Below are positions 1 through 11,468 of a stretch of 64,000 nucleotides of DNA, piece after piece. The position numbers and the translations under genes are program-made. The notes beneath the pieces are model-generated. The model was not told the DNA's origin, ran no database searches, and saw only the letters and a list, made by a program, of their open reading frames with translations. The first letter of the stretch is position 1. Every line of letters starts with the position of its first letter. Source of the stretch: Cyanidioschyzon merolae (Eukaryota); NCBI GenBank assembly GCA_000091205.1, contig AP006490.2; one strand, given 5' to 3'.

Positions 1-190
1 GACATGAATAACGACGCGTCGATCGCAACGACCACCTGCGCGTGAAACGCGTTGAGCACAGCCGGACTCCGCGGGATCGGGACTCGAATGGTGCCATCAG
101 CATCCCTCGAGTGTTGATCATAGAGCCAGAGGGAACAGAGAGACCAGCGTATTGGAAATCGGCGGTAACAGAGACAGAATAAGAGCAGTC
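1..190 (+). repeat. direct repeat copy 1 (truncated by the window edge); partner at 6414-6603
   Basis: 1-173 matches 6414-6586 with 3-4 mismatches (gacatgaataacgacgcgtcgatcgcaacgaccacctgcgcgtgaaa...gtaacagagacagaat), with partial similarity for about 20 bp more. Confidence 0.8.
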
Positions 191-1147
191 GCAGTAATAG
201 ACTCCAAAACTTTATCATGGTAACAGGGGCAAGAAACCAAAACTTGAGCATGTTTACCCAGTTGTCTCTGCGTGGACGTATTCCATTTCATTCCGACACG
301 GGTGCAAGGCCGCCAGTCGCAGTGTAACGAGGCACACCAGCCTCGGTGCGATGCTTCCGGAGTAACGCGCTGAAGCGGTGTCGCCTCATCGGATCGCTCT
401 GCACTTGATGGATGGCGCCACGAGGGCCACAGAAAAGCAGACGGCGCGCGGGCGAGCGCATGCACATCATGCGTGCGTGCGTGCGTGCATGCAGGACGCG
501 ACAGCACGGAGGAGGCGCCGCCGCACGGACGCACGCACGCAAGCACGCACGCGTATGGACGAAACGGCACTTCGTGCCGGCGTTGCACACCAGGCCGCGC
601 TGCACAGGTTGTTCACAACTTGGTGGTATTTCGGGTGCTTCCGGGAACCAGCACCAGACGACGCTCTTGACGTGGGCGAGAACCAAGCGCACTGAACTCA
701 ACTAAAGCTCTAGATTTGCCTACGGTGGTAAACATACGCGTCAAGTGGGAGGCTTCAAAACCAAGCTTCGAGGCCGACACTGTTGCGGAGCGCTTCCTGT
801 CCCGTGCGTTCCGCGTCTTCGAGTGGACCCGCTGCCTTCGAGATCCGCAACTTCGCGTAGCTGTCGTCGTTCTGACTGTAAGTGAGGATACCGGATTCGT
901 GGCCGGACACGGACGGAGCTGCTGCTGCTGCCGCCGCTTTCTAGCAAACGACCAGCGCAACTCTTGATTAACAAAGCTGCACGGGCGTCAAGTTCGAGTC
1001 GCTGCTCAAGGCGCACGAGCTCAGAAGCTTTGCTTTTGTTTTTCAACCCGAGTAGCGAAACGTGTGACACGAGACGAGGTTCGCACACGCAATCGAGAGG
1101 CAAATCTCACGAAGCAACGAGGAGGCAAGTATCGAGCACGTGAGAAC

Positions 1148-3730
1148 ATGAAGGAGGACGGAGAAACTCGCACCCGTTTCTGGGCGTCCCAAACCGATGG
1201 TACGGGAGTTATAGCGGACGATCCCTGGCTGGAGCCCTTCCAGCACGATTTGCGATACCGTTACGCGCAGTATCTTGCCAAAAAGAAAGCCATTGAGGCA
1301 AACGAGGGCGGACTGGACAAGTTCACCCAGGGCTATCGGCTTTTCGGGTTCAACCTCACGGATGATGGGATATGGTATCGCGAATGGGCCCCAAACGCAG
1401 CTGAAGTGTTCCTTACCGGAGATTTCAATGGGTGGAACCGACGCAGCCACCCATTGAAACGAGAGGAGTTCGGTCGATGGAGCATATTTTTGCCGAATAA
1501 TGAGGATGGGTCTCGTGCGATTCCACACTACACGAAGCTCAAGGTGTTGATCGTCACGCCGACTGGGATGGAACTCATGCGCAATCCGGCATGGAGCAAG
1601 TTTCTCATCCAGAACCCTGACACCTATCTCTACGACACGTTGTTTTGGAATCCGCCACCTGAATGGACGTACCACTGGCAGCACCCGACGCATGTGAAAC
1701 GTCAGGATGCGCTGCGCATCTACGAATGCCATGTGGGCATGTCATCAAATGAGCCGCGAATAGGTACCTACGCGGAATTCCGGGATGTGGTGCTGCCGCG
1801 TGTCAAAAAGCTAGGCTATACTGCGATTCAGATTATGGCTATCATGGAGCACGCTTACTATGCTTCGTTCGGATACCACGTAACGAACTTTTTTGCCTGT
1901 AGCTCCCGGTGCGGGACACCCGAGGACCTCAAGTCGCTTATTGATACAGCGCATGCGATGGGCCTGCAGGTGCTCATGGATGTGGTGCATTCCCATGCAT
2001 CATCGAACATTTTGGACGGTATCAACCATTTCGACGGAACAGACAATTTGTATTTCCACGCTGGCGAGCGGGGATATCACCGCTTGTGGGATTCACGCTG
2101 TTTCGACTATGGAAGCTGGGAGGTGCTTCGCTTTTTGCTCTCCAATTTGCGCTGGTGGATGGATGAATACCATTTTGACGGATTCCGCTTCGATGGGGTA
2201 ACCTCTATGCTGTACACGCATCACGGGATAGGCATGAGCTTCTCCGGTGATTACCGGGAGTATTTCGGCCTTCACATCGATATGGATGCATGCGTTTACC
2301 TCATGCTAGCCAACGATTTTCTGCATACGTTCTACCCCGATGTCGCGCTCACTATTGCCGAGGATGTAAGCGGTATGCCAACGCTCTGCCGACCGGTCTC
2401 CGAAGGCGGTATAGGCTTCGACTATAGGCTGGCCATGGCGATACCAGACAAGTGGATCGAACTGCTCAAAAAGAGCGATGAGGAATGGGATATGGGAAAT
2501 ATCGCCTTCACGTTGATGAATCGCCGATACAAGGAGAAATCCGTGGCATACTGCGAGTCGCATGACCAAGCGCTGGTTGGCGACAAAACCATTGCATTCT
2601 GGCTTATGGACAAGGAAATGTACGATCATATGGCGCGTGATTCGGCGCCGAGCCTGCTCATTGACCGGGGCATTGCGCTGCACAAAATGATTCGCCTGAT
2701 CACATACGGCCTTGGCGGCGAGGCGTACCTCAATTTTATGGGTAACGAGTTCGGACATCCGGAGTGGATTGATTTTCCTCGAGAGGGTAACAACTTTTCG
2801 TACCACCATGCGCGCCGCCGATGGGATCTAGCGGATAACCCTTCTCTCAAGTACAATTTCCTGCAGCAGTTCGACATCAACATGCACGATATCGACACCA
2901 AGTATCCGTTTTGCCGCCCGGATAATCACCAGTGGCTTGTGCTTGCCCATCGCGATGATCACGTCATTGCATTCGAGCGCGGTGATCGACTGCTCTTCGT
3001 TTTCAATTTCCATCCCACTCGATCGTACAACGATTACCGAATTGGTGTCTGGTGGCCGGGCAAGTATCACATTGTGCTCGATACGGACAGTTGGGATACA
3101 GGAGGTCAGGGTCGCGTCCACTGGGATATCATTTACGAAACCAAGGCGGAATCTTGGCACGGACGGCCGCACTACCTGCAATTGTACTTGCCATGTCGGA
3201 CCGCGCAAGTCTATCGCTGTTTCGAAATGGCCGGTACCGAGCTGGTCGACAACGAAGCGCGCGCCGGCACACGACACGAAGGGTTGCAGCCTCCCGCGGA
3301 GCGACCCGCCGTCGACGGCGACGCTGCAGCCTCGAGCGATGCTGCTGGACGCGGGCCAGCGACAGCGGCAGCGGCTGGCGAGCAACCACCCCAAGTGACG
3401 CCCGAGGTCGCGGCACAATCCGAGACCCCGTCGCAGTCGGCGGCGATCGCGACGCTACCGCGAGGCGGCGACGCCGATGCCGCTGACGTTGCTCAGAGTA
3501 GCACCATCGCCCCGAATGCATCATCTGCTCAACATTCGGAGCGTGCGACACCGGCGCAGGAGAGCATGCAAGCGGCGGATGATTCCTCGCGTCCGTCGCC
3601 GGCAGCCGAAACGGCAACCGCTGCGCCCCAAAGCGCCGCTGACCCATCAACGGATCGCCGTTCGGGTAGCACAGATCGCCGCGAACATGCCGAGCGGAAG
3701 CGCCGAGGCCTCTTCGGGCGCTGGGGATAG
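1148..3730 (+). CDS. GBE1: 1,4-alpha-glucan (starch/glycogen) branching enzyme, GH13 eukaryotic GBE type, with a roughly 150-aa low-complexity Ala/Ser/Pro/Thr-rich C-terminal tail
   Basis: ORF 1064..3730 (GTG at 1064; first ATG 1148, MKEDGE). Diagnostic GH13/GBE blocks: [52 protein letters not shown]. Collinear with animal/plant GBE over about 700 aa; the tail after ...[11 protein letters not shown] has no counterpart in typical GBEs. Confidence 0.9.
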   Translation: MKEDGETRTRFWASQTDGTGVIADDPWLEPFQHDLRYRYAQYLAKKKAIEANEGGLDKFTQGYRLFGFNLTDDGIWYREWAPNAAEVFLTGDFNGWNRRSHPLKREEFGRWSIFLPNNEDGSRAIPHYTKLKVLIVTPTGMELMRNPAWSKFLIQNPDTYLYDTLFWNPPPEWTYHWQHPTHVKRQDALRIYECHVGMSSNEPRIGTYAEFRDVVLPRVKKLGYTAIQIMAIMEHAYYASFGYHVTNFFACSSRCGTPEDLKSLIDTAHAMGLQVLMDVVHSHASSNILDGINHFDGTDNLYFHAGERGYHRLWDSRCFDYGSWEVLRFLLSNLRWWMDEYHFDGFRFDGVTSMLYTHHGIGMSFSGDYREYFGLHIDMDACVYLMLANDFLHTFYPDVALTIAEDVSGMPTLCRPVSEGGIGFDYRLAMAIPDKWIELLKKSDEEWDMGNIAFTLMNRRYKEKSVAYCESHDQALVGDKTIAFWLMDKEMYDHMARDSAPSLLIDRGIALHKMIRLITYGLGGEAYLNFMGNEFGHPEWIDFPREGNNFSYHHARRRWDLADNPSLKYNFLQQFDINMHDIDTKYPFCRPDNHQWLVLAHRDDHVIAFERGDRLLFVFNFHPTRSYNDYRIGVWWPGKYHIVLDTDSWDTGGQGRVHWDIIYETKAESWHGRPHYLQLYLPCRTAQVYRCFEMAGTELVDNEARAGTRHEGLQPPAERPAVDGDAAASSDAAGRGPATAAAAGEQPPQVTPEVAAQSETPSQSAAIATLPRGGDADAADVAQSSTIAPNASSAQHSERATPAQESMQAADDSSRPSPAAETATAAPQSAADPSTDRRSGSTDRREHAERKRRGLFGRWG

Positions 3731-4242
3731 ACTCGGGTTTATGGAAACGAAAACGACATAGGATGCGTTATAAATTCGTGTGTGAACGTAGTATCGTCTG
3801 ATCGTTTACCGAGGCAGGTTGCGAAACGAGGCGATGTACCAGAGTCCGACGACAACACCATCATTACTGCTACAGTCATCATCGGCGCACTCTGGTGGTC
3901 CTCCTCGTTCGATATCGGTCGGTATCGACGGAGCGGTCGCCATTTCTGCTGTCTGGGAGCAGGTTCCATGCGCTGGTGCTTGCCGCTAAGCGCTCGCAGC
4001 CAAGCGGATTCCGCAAAGTCGCTCCAGGGGTGAAGCACTCCGCTCCAAACATGCGGTTTGGTCGACGTATCATCAACACAGCTGGTGTATGTTAGCATTC
4101 TACCCTAGGCGAGACATCGAGTGCAGCAAGCGCATGGCAAGCATGAGGCGGTTTCTCAACGTTCTCTTCATGAGCCTGTTGTGTTCACCGTTCGTTTGAA
4201 TCATCTGGACCACGACACACGCATTCGTCGACGATGATGCAG

Positions 4243-4965
4243 CTACGATGCAGCCGCATCAACGTCGACTTTGGCTAGCCGAACGGCACGGGCCACGTTC
4301 GTTGGCAAAATCTTCAAGGCTCGGGCGAGTCTCGTGGGTACCATGCGCATCACTATGGCGATGTCGCGGTAGAGCTCCTGCTTCGTGGGAATCTTACCCA
4401 CGCGCGCCATAGAGTCGCCATCGTATAATTGTCCTTCAAGCACGCCGCCTCGGATTTTGTTGGTTTGCTCCAGCTTGAGCTCCTCGATAACTGCCTCGTA
4501 CGCTCGAATGGCGGCCGGCAAGTCATCGAGATTTTCGGCGAGGAACCAGAAGTTGGCGAGCTTCAGGAGCGGCTTTGCGAGCAGAGCATCCTCGCCCTCT
4601 TTCGAGGTCGACTGTAACCAGGTGACGCCGTTTGCTGCTTTTTGGAAATACGAGTTTTTAATAACCTTGCAGTGCACTGTAGCTGGAAGCGAGCTTTTGA
4701 GCCGCTCGAGCTGCTGGTGCTTCAGTCCCTCAAGAGGCAACGCAACCACAGCCTCCGCCTTGCGCAACTGTTCACGAAGGCTTTGGACTATAGCCTCCTT
4801 CTGTGCCCGGGTTTGGTGTCCCATGTGCAAACCTGGGAGCACACGGCGTGCTGCTGCGCTCGGACGCCGCGGTGCGCTGATGCACACGGAGCCGGAGCCC
4901 CAAAACCCTTGTTTTGCGCGCGGTTCTAGACCACACTGGGTAACGCTTGATACGAAAGCGTGCAT
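4243..4965 (-). CDS. bacterial-type ribosomal protein uL10 (L10), probably nuclear-encoded organellar, with N-terminal presequence
   Basis: ORF 4243..5019 (GTG at 5019; first ATG codon 4963-4965). Core TRAQKEAIVQSLREQLRKAEAVVALPLEGLKHQQLERLKSSLPATVHCKVIKNSYFQKA matches the uL10 N-terminal domain pattern (KxxKxxxVxEL..., G.TV..L..LR..L, KV.KNTL). About 47 aa Arg/Ser-rich leader precedes it. Confidence 0.6.
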   Translation of the reverse strand: MHAFVSSVTQCGLEPRAKQGFWGSGSVCISAPRRPSAAARRVLPGLHMGHQTRAQKEAIVQSLREQLRKAEAVVALPLEGLKHQQLERLKSSLPATVHCKVIKNSYFQKAANGVTWLQSTSKEGEDALLAKPLLKLANFWFLAENLDDLPAAIRAYEAVIEELKLEQTNKIRGGVLEGQLYDGDSMARVGKIPTKQELYRDIAIVMRMVPTRLARALKILPTNVARAVRLAKVDVDAAAS

Positions 4966-5851
4966 ATGGTATTGCCCACGAGAAACGTAGTTGGGTTCAG
5001 CGTGTACAGTGTTATACACCGGCTAGTCGTCCGCGTTTTGCGTCGCGTAGACAGAAGCGCGGGCGTGATGCCTCGCCTGCGTTCGCACACGCGTACGCAC
5101 GCGCACGGGCGCAGGGCGCCATCGGCGACTGCGGCGGCGCACAGCGGCCCGCCGTAGCGTCGATCAGAATGCGACGCATAAACGGTATAAAGCGGTATTG
5201 CGAGGCCAGAGTTGGATATAATGGTCAGGCGCACGTGTATCGCTGCATCGATGCGCAATCGACGATACGAGCAGGGGCACTGTGTGGCACGGGCACTCGT
5301 GTCCGATACATACGCAACGGGGAACTGCTCATTGTGTTCCTGGACGATGATGTATATCCCCGAGCCTTTGTTATATGTAGAGTCTCGACAATCAAAATGA
5401 AGAAACCGGGTTGAAGGATTCATGAGTAGTTTCAGGAGTCTCGATCGTCGTTGCCGGGCAGCCGCTTAGCCGCGTGGCTGCTGGTATTCGTTACGGCACC
5501 GGGATCAAGGTGCATCGCGACGCCCGCGAATTAAGGTTCGTAATATAGTCGACTCGTATACCGATGCATGCGTTCGAGCCGGCACTCTTCGCCTTTTCTA
5601 GCGTTCAGTACGCTCACGTCACGCATAGTTCGCGCCTTCGATCGTGCGGTTTCCCAGCAACAACACATGGGCGCAGCAGTTCGCGCTGCCCCACTGACGA
5701 GGAAGCGTACGCGCCGTCATCGCTTGAACGAATTGCTCAGAGGCACACACACCGAGCATTCACTGCACTGGGCACCTGCAATACTCGATTCCACTCGAAT
5801 GATGCATCGTCCATGCTTGTGCCCATCGACGCAACCGCACGCAACCGCATC

Positions 5852-5890
5852 CAGCAGCAGCAGCAGCAGCAGTAACAGCAACAACAACAA
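5852..5890. repeat. microsatellite: (CAG)7 followed by (CAA)4-like tract, preceded by duplicated gcaaccgca
   Basis: cagcagcagcagcagcagcag taa cagcaacaacaacaac; intergenic. Confidence 0.9.
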
Positions 5891-6413
5891 CATAGTACAT
5901 CTCACGGGATACGCTCGGGGAAGCTCCCGTCTCTTTCCTATAGACGGAAAAGGGTCGTGCACCAGGGCTCGCGTCATCGCGGCGATCATATGCCGTGGAG
6001 CGTGCGACACCGCGTTGCATGGACGCAGCTCAGCCGGATCGACTGTGTGTTTGCGTCATGGAGTTTCCTTGCTGCACGTGCTCCACCAGGGACAGCATCG
6101 CGATCCACAAATCCGCCAGTGAATGGAATAGTGTGTACGCTTGCGCGCCCAGCGGACGCGGGACTTGTTGCCCTGATCGCCCGCAGCAGGTCCGTGGTCG
6201 TAGCGTGCGATACCAGTCGCGGGAGCGTGGGGGCGTATGCAGGCGAGCACGCTGTACCCGTTCGGATCCTGGAACCAAGGGATGAAGCGAGCGCCTACTC
6301 GCCGCAGCGCAGCGCTCGGTGCCTGACATGTGGTGGACGCGCACGGGAAGCGCCTCTCGGTAGTCACGCGTGACTGCTCCTGAGCCATGCCGCCGTTGTA
6401 TGCAAACCAGATG

Positions 6414-6603
6414 GACATGAATAACGACGCGTCGATCGCAACGACCACCTGCGCGTGAAATGCGTTGAGCACAGCCGGGCTCCGCCGGATCGGGACTCGA
6501 ATGGTGCCATCAGCATCCCTCGAGTGTTGATCATAGAGCCAGAGGGAACAGAGAGACCAGCGTATTGGAAATCGGCGGTAACAGAGACAGAATGTGAGCA
6601 GTC
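6414..6603 (+). repeat. direct repeat copy 2 of the 1-190 element
   Basis: As above. The two copies bracket the branching-enzyme and uL10 genes, about 6.2 kb apart. Confidence 0.8.
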
Positions 6604-7753
6604 GGTGAACAAACCGGCAAGGGCTGGTGTTCATAACCACGGGAATAGATGCAAACTATAGTAGATATGCGCGCGTTGACAAAGCTTTACATTTTATTCC
6701 TGCATTGTTGGAGAGCGTACACCCGAACTGGCCAATGGACCTGTTCCGTTCTATTCTTTCGTGGGTGTAAACGTCCCGGGGATAGTCCATGCACCGAACC
6801 CGAATTCCTCGGATGTGCGATTGCTATCGGCCGCCAGGATAGCCGCAGTCACTTCTCTCCTGGTGCGTCTACGTTCGACAGACCTCTAGACCACTCCCCT
6901 GGTTGGCGATAGAGCTTCGATCAACCCTGCGAACCTGCAGGTGCCGAGCGTGCCGCACACGCTCGATATCCGGACGGATGCGCCGCTGCCGCCGACCGCA
7001 AAGAGAACGGCACTCCAGTGCCTTGACAGACACCAGCTCAAAATCTAGCGCATGGACACGAAGCGTTCTCCCGGTTGGGCAGCGTTCGCCCTGCACACCA
7101 GTAGGTATACGCGTTCACATAGTCCGTGTACACAAATGCGCTTGGGATCCTTTCGGGCCTGGGACCGCTGATGAGAGTGCTCTAATGGTATCCACGTACA
7201 GTAACGGCTGTTACGAGCCAGGACGCGTGTCACCTCTGTATCCTGGACTGCGAGAGTCGACATCCCATTGAATGTAGACAAGTGGACTGGGTGAGGGACT
7301 CAAAATCTCGGACCCAGCCTCTGCGCCCTGTACACGGGACTTTTATTCCTGCAGCGGTGCATAAAACCGTTGTTCACAACGTACGCATACTAGCATGACC
7401 GAAGTATCCGTTCACAGCTTCAAGGCTTATACTCGTACGACACGAAACTCGGAAGTTGGTCGATCGGCGCCTTCGCCAAGTTGCCCCAAAATCGCTGCAA
7501 CACCGTCCGTGCAGCCTTCACCGCACTCTATGCACAAGAACAGCGGCGCCTTGCGTTCATCACTACAGTTCAGCGGTTCGTTGTATGCAAACCAGCAACC
7601 ATACGACGGGACAAATGTCTCGCTGGTCGCTTGCAAGCGTGCTCCATGCACCGCGTTCAGCCAAACGCTCTGGCGTTGAACGCTCATCCACAGTGGCCCT
7701 GCGTATCGCACGATGATCCCGTGTCGACGTGCCGCTGCGTTGATCACAAAGCT

Positions 7754-7798
7754 GCCGCCGCCGCCGCCCCGAGTATCGACGGCGGCGGCGGCGGCGGC
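7754..7798. repeat. perfect 15-bp all-G/C inverted repeat, (GCC)5 ... 15-nt loop ... (GGC)5-6; hairpin/cruciform-capable
   Basis: gccgccgccgccgcc (7754-7768) pairs with ggcggcggcggcggc (7784-7798) base for base; the flanking base pair mismatches. Intergenic. Confidence 0.85.
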
Positions 7799-8580
7799 AT
7801 GCAGCAGCACTGCCCGGAGCCTTCCTTGTTGCGCTGGTAGCGTACGCTACTCGTGCTAAGCGCGAACGTTCGTTTCCGTTTCGAACTGCGCAACGCTAGC
7901 TTCGGTACCTTTGGTGCAGTGCAGCGTCTACGTGTGCAGCAGGTGACGCCCTCCGCATCGTTGTGCTAGGTGGAGAGTTCGGCTTTCAGGAGTCTTCTCG
8001 GGGAGCGAACCTGCAGCTTCAGCACCGCTTTCCACGAAACCGCAAAGGTACGAGTGATTGTCGCTGGAGCCTCGCGGACGACGACTCCGGGGGGTCGCAC
8101 TCGATACGAAGTGCGCATCGGGCAAGTCTCGCCCACAGTATCTCGTAGGGGCGCTTTCTAGAACGGTCTGAGCTACATTTTACGTTGCTGCTTCGTCGTT
8201 CCAGACAAAGACGGCGTCTCACGTGCGACGAGCCTTCAGCGTGCGCTGTGCCCAGAGTAAGGGAAGAGAACTCGCTGGGTGTATTCCGCACGCTCGCACA
8301 AGTTACGAGGAGCGCAGCGCGCACGACCTGACCGAGCCAAGTCCCAGACGCAAGCTGTAACCTGAACATTGCGCTGGCTGTCTTGTGCAGCGTTAAAGTT
8401 TGTGCACGAGAACAGCGAGCCGTCAGAGAGGGGAAACCGAGTCTCAGACCCTTGGTCTGATAACGAGTGTGAAATCAGCGGGCAGCTTGCGCCGTTCAGG
8501 CTACACCCTTGGAACAGTACTCGGTTGGCTTGTGCTCGCACCGGGTCTCGCTGAAGCTGCGCTGCGCTGCGCTCGTGATC

Positions 8581-11265
8581 ATGTGGACAGCGTTCACGAA
8601 CGGTGTTGTTGTTGTTCCGGGCGGATTCACGCTTGGTGCTATCCGTGCGAAATGGTTCGGAACGGTATCGGGAAATCCCTTGACGAAACAACTTCGGAGG
8701 CATTCAGCGAAATTCGCTCAATCTGTACGATGGACAGAGCACATTCGCCGGGATGGACGTCGCGGATGGCGCATGCAGGACGCTGGCAGCGAGGGCGCCA
8801 GCCTCTTCATAGAGGGCCCTCACACTTCCGCAAAGAATCAGCATTCGTGGGACGCAGGCGATGATGCAGTCTCAGCGCCGGAATCTGCGAACAAGGTCAA
8901 GAAGGGCTCGCGAACAACCTTGGAAGGCGATGCTGATGCCAATCCACCGAATGAACAGCATACGAGCGAGACCAGCACCAACAAGAGATCCATGTCGGTC
9001 GCAGACTCCACCTTAGCGAGCAAGCCAGGCGCCGGAGGTAGCGCGCAAACGCGGAGTCGACAGTCTCGGAGAAAAGCAAGCTCGACTCAGGCTACCAGTC
9101 GAGAGATAGCCCGAACGGAAGCAGCAGCTGGTGAAACGGGTAGTATTGAGCAGGCTGCGGAGGCGCCGGTGCCTGCGCAAGCCAAGACGAAGCGTCGCTC
9201 ACGAAAGAAGAGCGACCAAAACTCGGCTGCAGAGTCGACGGAAGATACCGAGTCCGCTGTAGTTGCAGATGACGCATCGGAAGCACCTGGTCATCGTCAG
9301 GTACACTCATTGGGAACGCAAAAGCAGACAACCAGGTCGTCATCGACATCGCGCACTACAGGAAGCAAGGCACGGAAGAAGCGCGATGAGAGCGTGTCAA
9401 ATGGGCAGCTTCCTCCAGCAGATGTTGAATCCCTGCCAGCAGATGCTTCATCCGTTATACCTGATCCTGCAATGAAAACTCTTGAGGTTAACGCCGACGC
9501 AGCGGTTACGACGGTCGCCAACTCGCGTGTATTTAACGCCGCGGATGAGCATTTGGACGAAGAACCCGCAGAACAGAGCCGCGTCGGGATACAGTCACGT
9601 ACACCTAGATCCAAAAAGGCAACAAGAAGGTCAGAAAAAAGCACATCTCGTGGCTCATCCACGACGTTTTCAACCGATGGGTCGGCTCCGAATTCGGGAG
9701 AAAGTACCGTATACGGGTCGCCAGGTGAAGCCGGTCCCGTTGCACAACACGTACCCGCAGAGATGTCTGACCTTGGAACAAACTTGTCTGCGAGAGCAAG
9801 TGAGAACGACGAGGACAACAACGACGAGCTGAATGCGAGTTCAACAGATTTCTTCGGGGGGCAAGCTGATCTGGCGCTAGATGATGATATCGAAACGGAT
9901 TTCGACGTGGCGGCTTTGCAGGATGCGAACATTGCCGACGCATTTGATGGTGAGACGCCCACCGATTCGAGCTTTGCATGGGAAAGAGATCCTATAGAAC
10001 GTGCCAGAGAGCGGGCAAAGGCAGCGCATGAGCGAATGCCATCCGAACTGAGGTTCAGAAGCGAGACATCCTCGACAGAGCATTCGTTTCCGGATGAATC
10101 TGAGCCCGTAACCGATTTCGACGAATACGCATGGTATGAGAACGAGCCACTGGTCGCTCCTGAGAGTCCGTTCCAGAAAGCCTACCAACGACTCATTCAT
10201 TCGCATATCTCATACAAGGAGATGGATCGATGGAGTCAGGGTGGTGAACCGCCCCGCGTTCTGGGCTTGCTGTTTGGACCACCGGAACCGCCCCCGATCC
10301 CGACTCCTGGTCAACGGTTCCAAGTCGATGAGGGTCCTCCTCTACCGATTCCCGATCGTCCGGTCTGGAAGAGCCGCGACCAGGCGTCATCGGACCTGAA
10401 CAATACGGATTTGCTCACGGATATTGGCTTTGCGACGAGCTCCGATGAGGACATCGAGCAAGCTCTGGAGGAACTTCTCCAACGGGATGCTCGGACTGGT
10501 GGCGGTCGATTTCGGACGCAAGCGAACAAGAAAAACGACATCGACGCCTTTGATTTTGACACCCAAGGCATGGGCTTTGCTGATTCGGCGTTCACAGAGG
10601 CATCAGATGCACGATCTGGTGAGTCTCTGGGCATTCCCGGAAGTCAGGATGATCCAGCTTGGGGCGATTTCGGTGGCCCAGCATCGACCACTGCAGATGC
10701 TGAAACCGCTTCGGCAACCGATGAGTATGAGCCGTACCGGCTGCGGTTCGCCAACGAAGCGTTCCCCGATGACGAGAGCACCGCCGGTCCAGATGCGAAC
10801 GAGCATAGCGAGAGTGCCAGATCACCGCGACTCGGTGGGTCGGGTAGCAGTGCGCGCTGGGGTCCAGCCCGCAAACGCCTCGAGGACGAAGAGGAAGAGC
10901 GGCGACGAGCCGGTAACCCGAGTCCGCGTATAGCAGATGAACAGCGAATCGCCGGTGTTCTCACGATGCCGGAGACGTTTCCAGCACAGTACGAATTGCG
11001 CCTCCTGTTACGGAACCCGGTACCCAACGAAGCTGTGGAGCGTATCCTCCAGGACGTTGAATCGATTCTACGTTGCGAGGTGGAAGAGGACGCTTTCTGG
11101 ATCGAGCTCGTGGGCGATATGAAACGAGTGGTTGTTCGGGTTCGCGTCCAGAGCGCGTCGCAGATCGACAGCCTCTACAATCAGCTTTGCACTCACACGA
11201 CGATCGCTGCGATGCACGGTGACCAAATCGATGGTATCATTGGACGGGATGAGGAGTTCGTTTAA
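8581..11265 (+). CDS. large low-complexity Ser/Thr/Glu/Asp-rich (predicted disordered) protein with a compact, non-repetitive C-terminal domain of about 110 aa; function unknown
   Basis: Uninterrupted 918-codon ORF 8509..11265 (TTG at 8509; in-frame ATGs at 8581 and 8773). Too long to be chance despite low complexity; the C-terminal RIADEQRIAGVLTMPETFPAQYELRLLLRNPVPNEAVERILQDVESILRCEVEEDAFWIELVGDMKRVVVRVRVQSASQIDSLYNQL is ordinary globular-looking sequence. Confidence 0.45.
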   Translation: MWTAFTNGVVVVPGGFTLGAIRAKWFGTVSGNPLTKQLRRHSAKFAQSVRWTEHIRRDGRRGWRMQDAGSEGASLFIEGPHTSAKNQHSWDAGDDAVSAPESANKVKKGSRTTLEGDADANPPNEQHTSETSTNKRSMSVADSTLASKPGAGGSAQTRSRQSRRKASSTQATSREIARTEAAAGETGSIEQAAEAPVPAQAKTKRRSRKKSDQNSAAESTEDTESAVVADDASEAPGHRQVHSLGTQKQTTRSSSTSRTTGSKARKKRDESVSNGQLPPADVESLPADASSVIPDPAMKTLEVNADAAVTTVANSRVFNAADEHLDEEPAEQSRVGIQSRTPRSKKATRRSEKSTSRGSSTTFSTDGSAPNSGESTVYGSPGEAGPVAQHVPAEMSDLGTNLSARASENDEDNNDELNASSTDFFGGQADLALDDDIETDFDVAALQDANIADAFDGETPTDSSFAWERDPIERARERAKAAHERMPSELRFRSETSSTEHSFPDESEPVTDFDEYAWYENEPLVAPESPFQKAYQRLIHSHISYKEMDRWSQGGEPPRVLGLLFGPPEPPPIPTPGQRFQVDEGPPLPIPDRPVWKSRDQASSDLNNTDLLTDIGFATSSDEDIEQALEELLQRDARTGGGRFRTQANKKNDIDAFDFDTQGMGFADSAFTEASDARSGESLGIPGSQDDPAWGDFGGPASTTADAETASATDEYEPYRLRFANEAFPDDESTAGPDANEHSESARSPRLGGSGSSARWGPARKRLEDEEEERRRAGNPSPRIADEQRIAGVLTMPETFPAQYELRLLLRNPVPNEAVERILQDVESILRCEVEEDAFWIELVGDMKRVVVRVRVQSASQIDSLYNQLCTHTTIAAMHGDQIDGIIGRDEEFV

Positions 11266-11468
11266 CCCCGATGCTCGCTGAGTCGTGAGCCTCTCGCGAT
11301 ACCACAAATCGCGAGCGTGAATCCCGAAGCATTCGATGCATCGATGCACGCGACATACGTACGGTAAATGCGTACTTTTCAGGTGTGCGATCCGTTCTGG
11401 TAACCGACTCGCATGCTGTCTCTAATCTGTGTCGTCACAAGCTTCCGTACCAGTAGAGGAACCGCAGT

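Noticed and set aside
1043-3418. Long antisense ORFs (1043..1732-, 2306..2809-, 2828..3418-, 2937..3398+) inside the branching-enzyme gene
   Set aside because: They lie opposite a gene with unmistakable GH13 homology; GC-rich DNA gives long stop-free antisense frames; no domain content.
1-6603. LTR-retrotransposon interpretation of the 190-bp direct repeats
   Set aside because: The interior encodes branching enzyme and uL10, not gag/pol, and the repeats lack obvious TG...CA termini.
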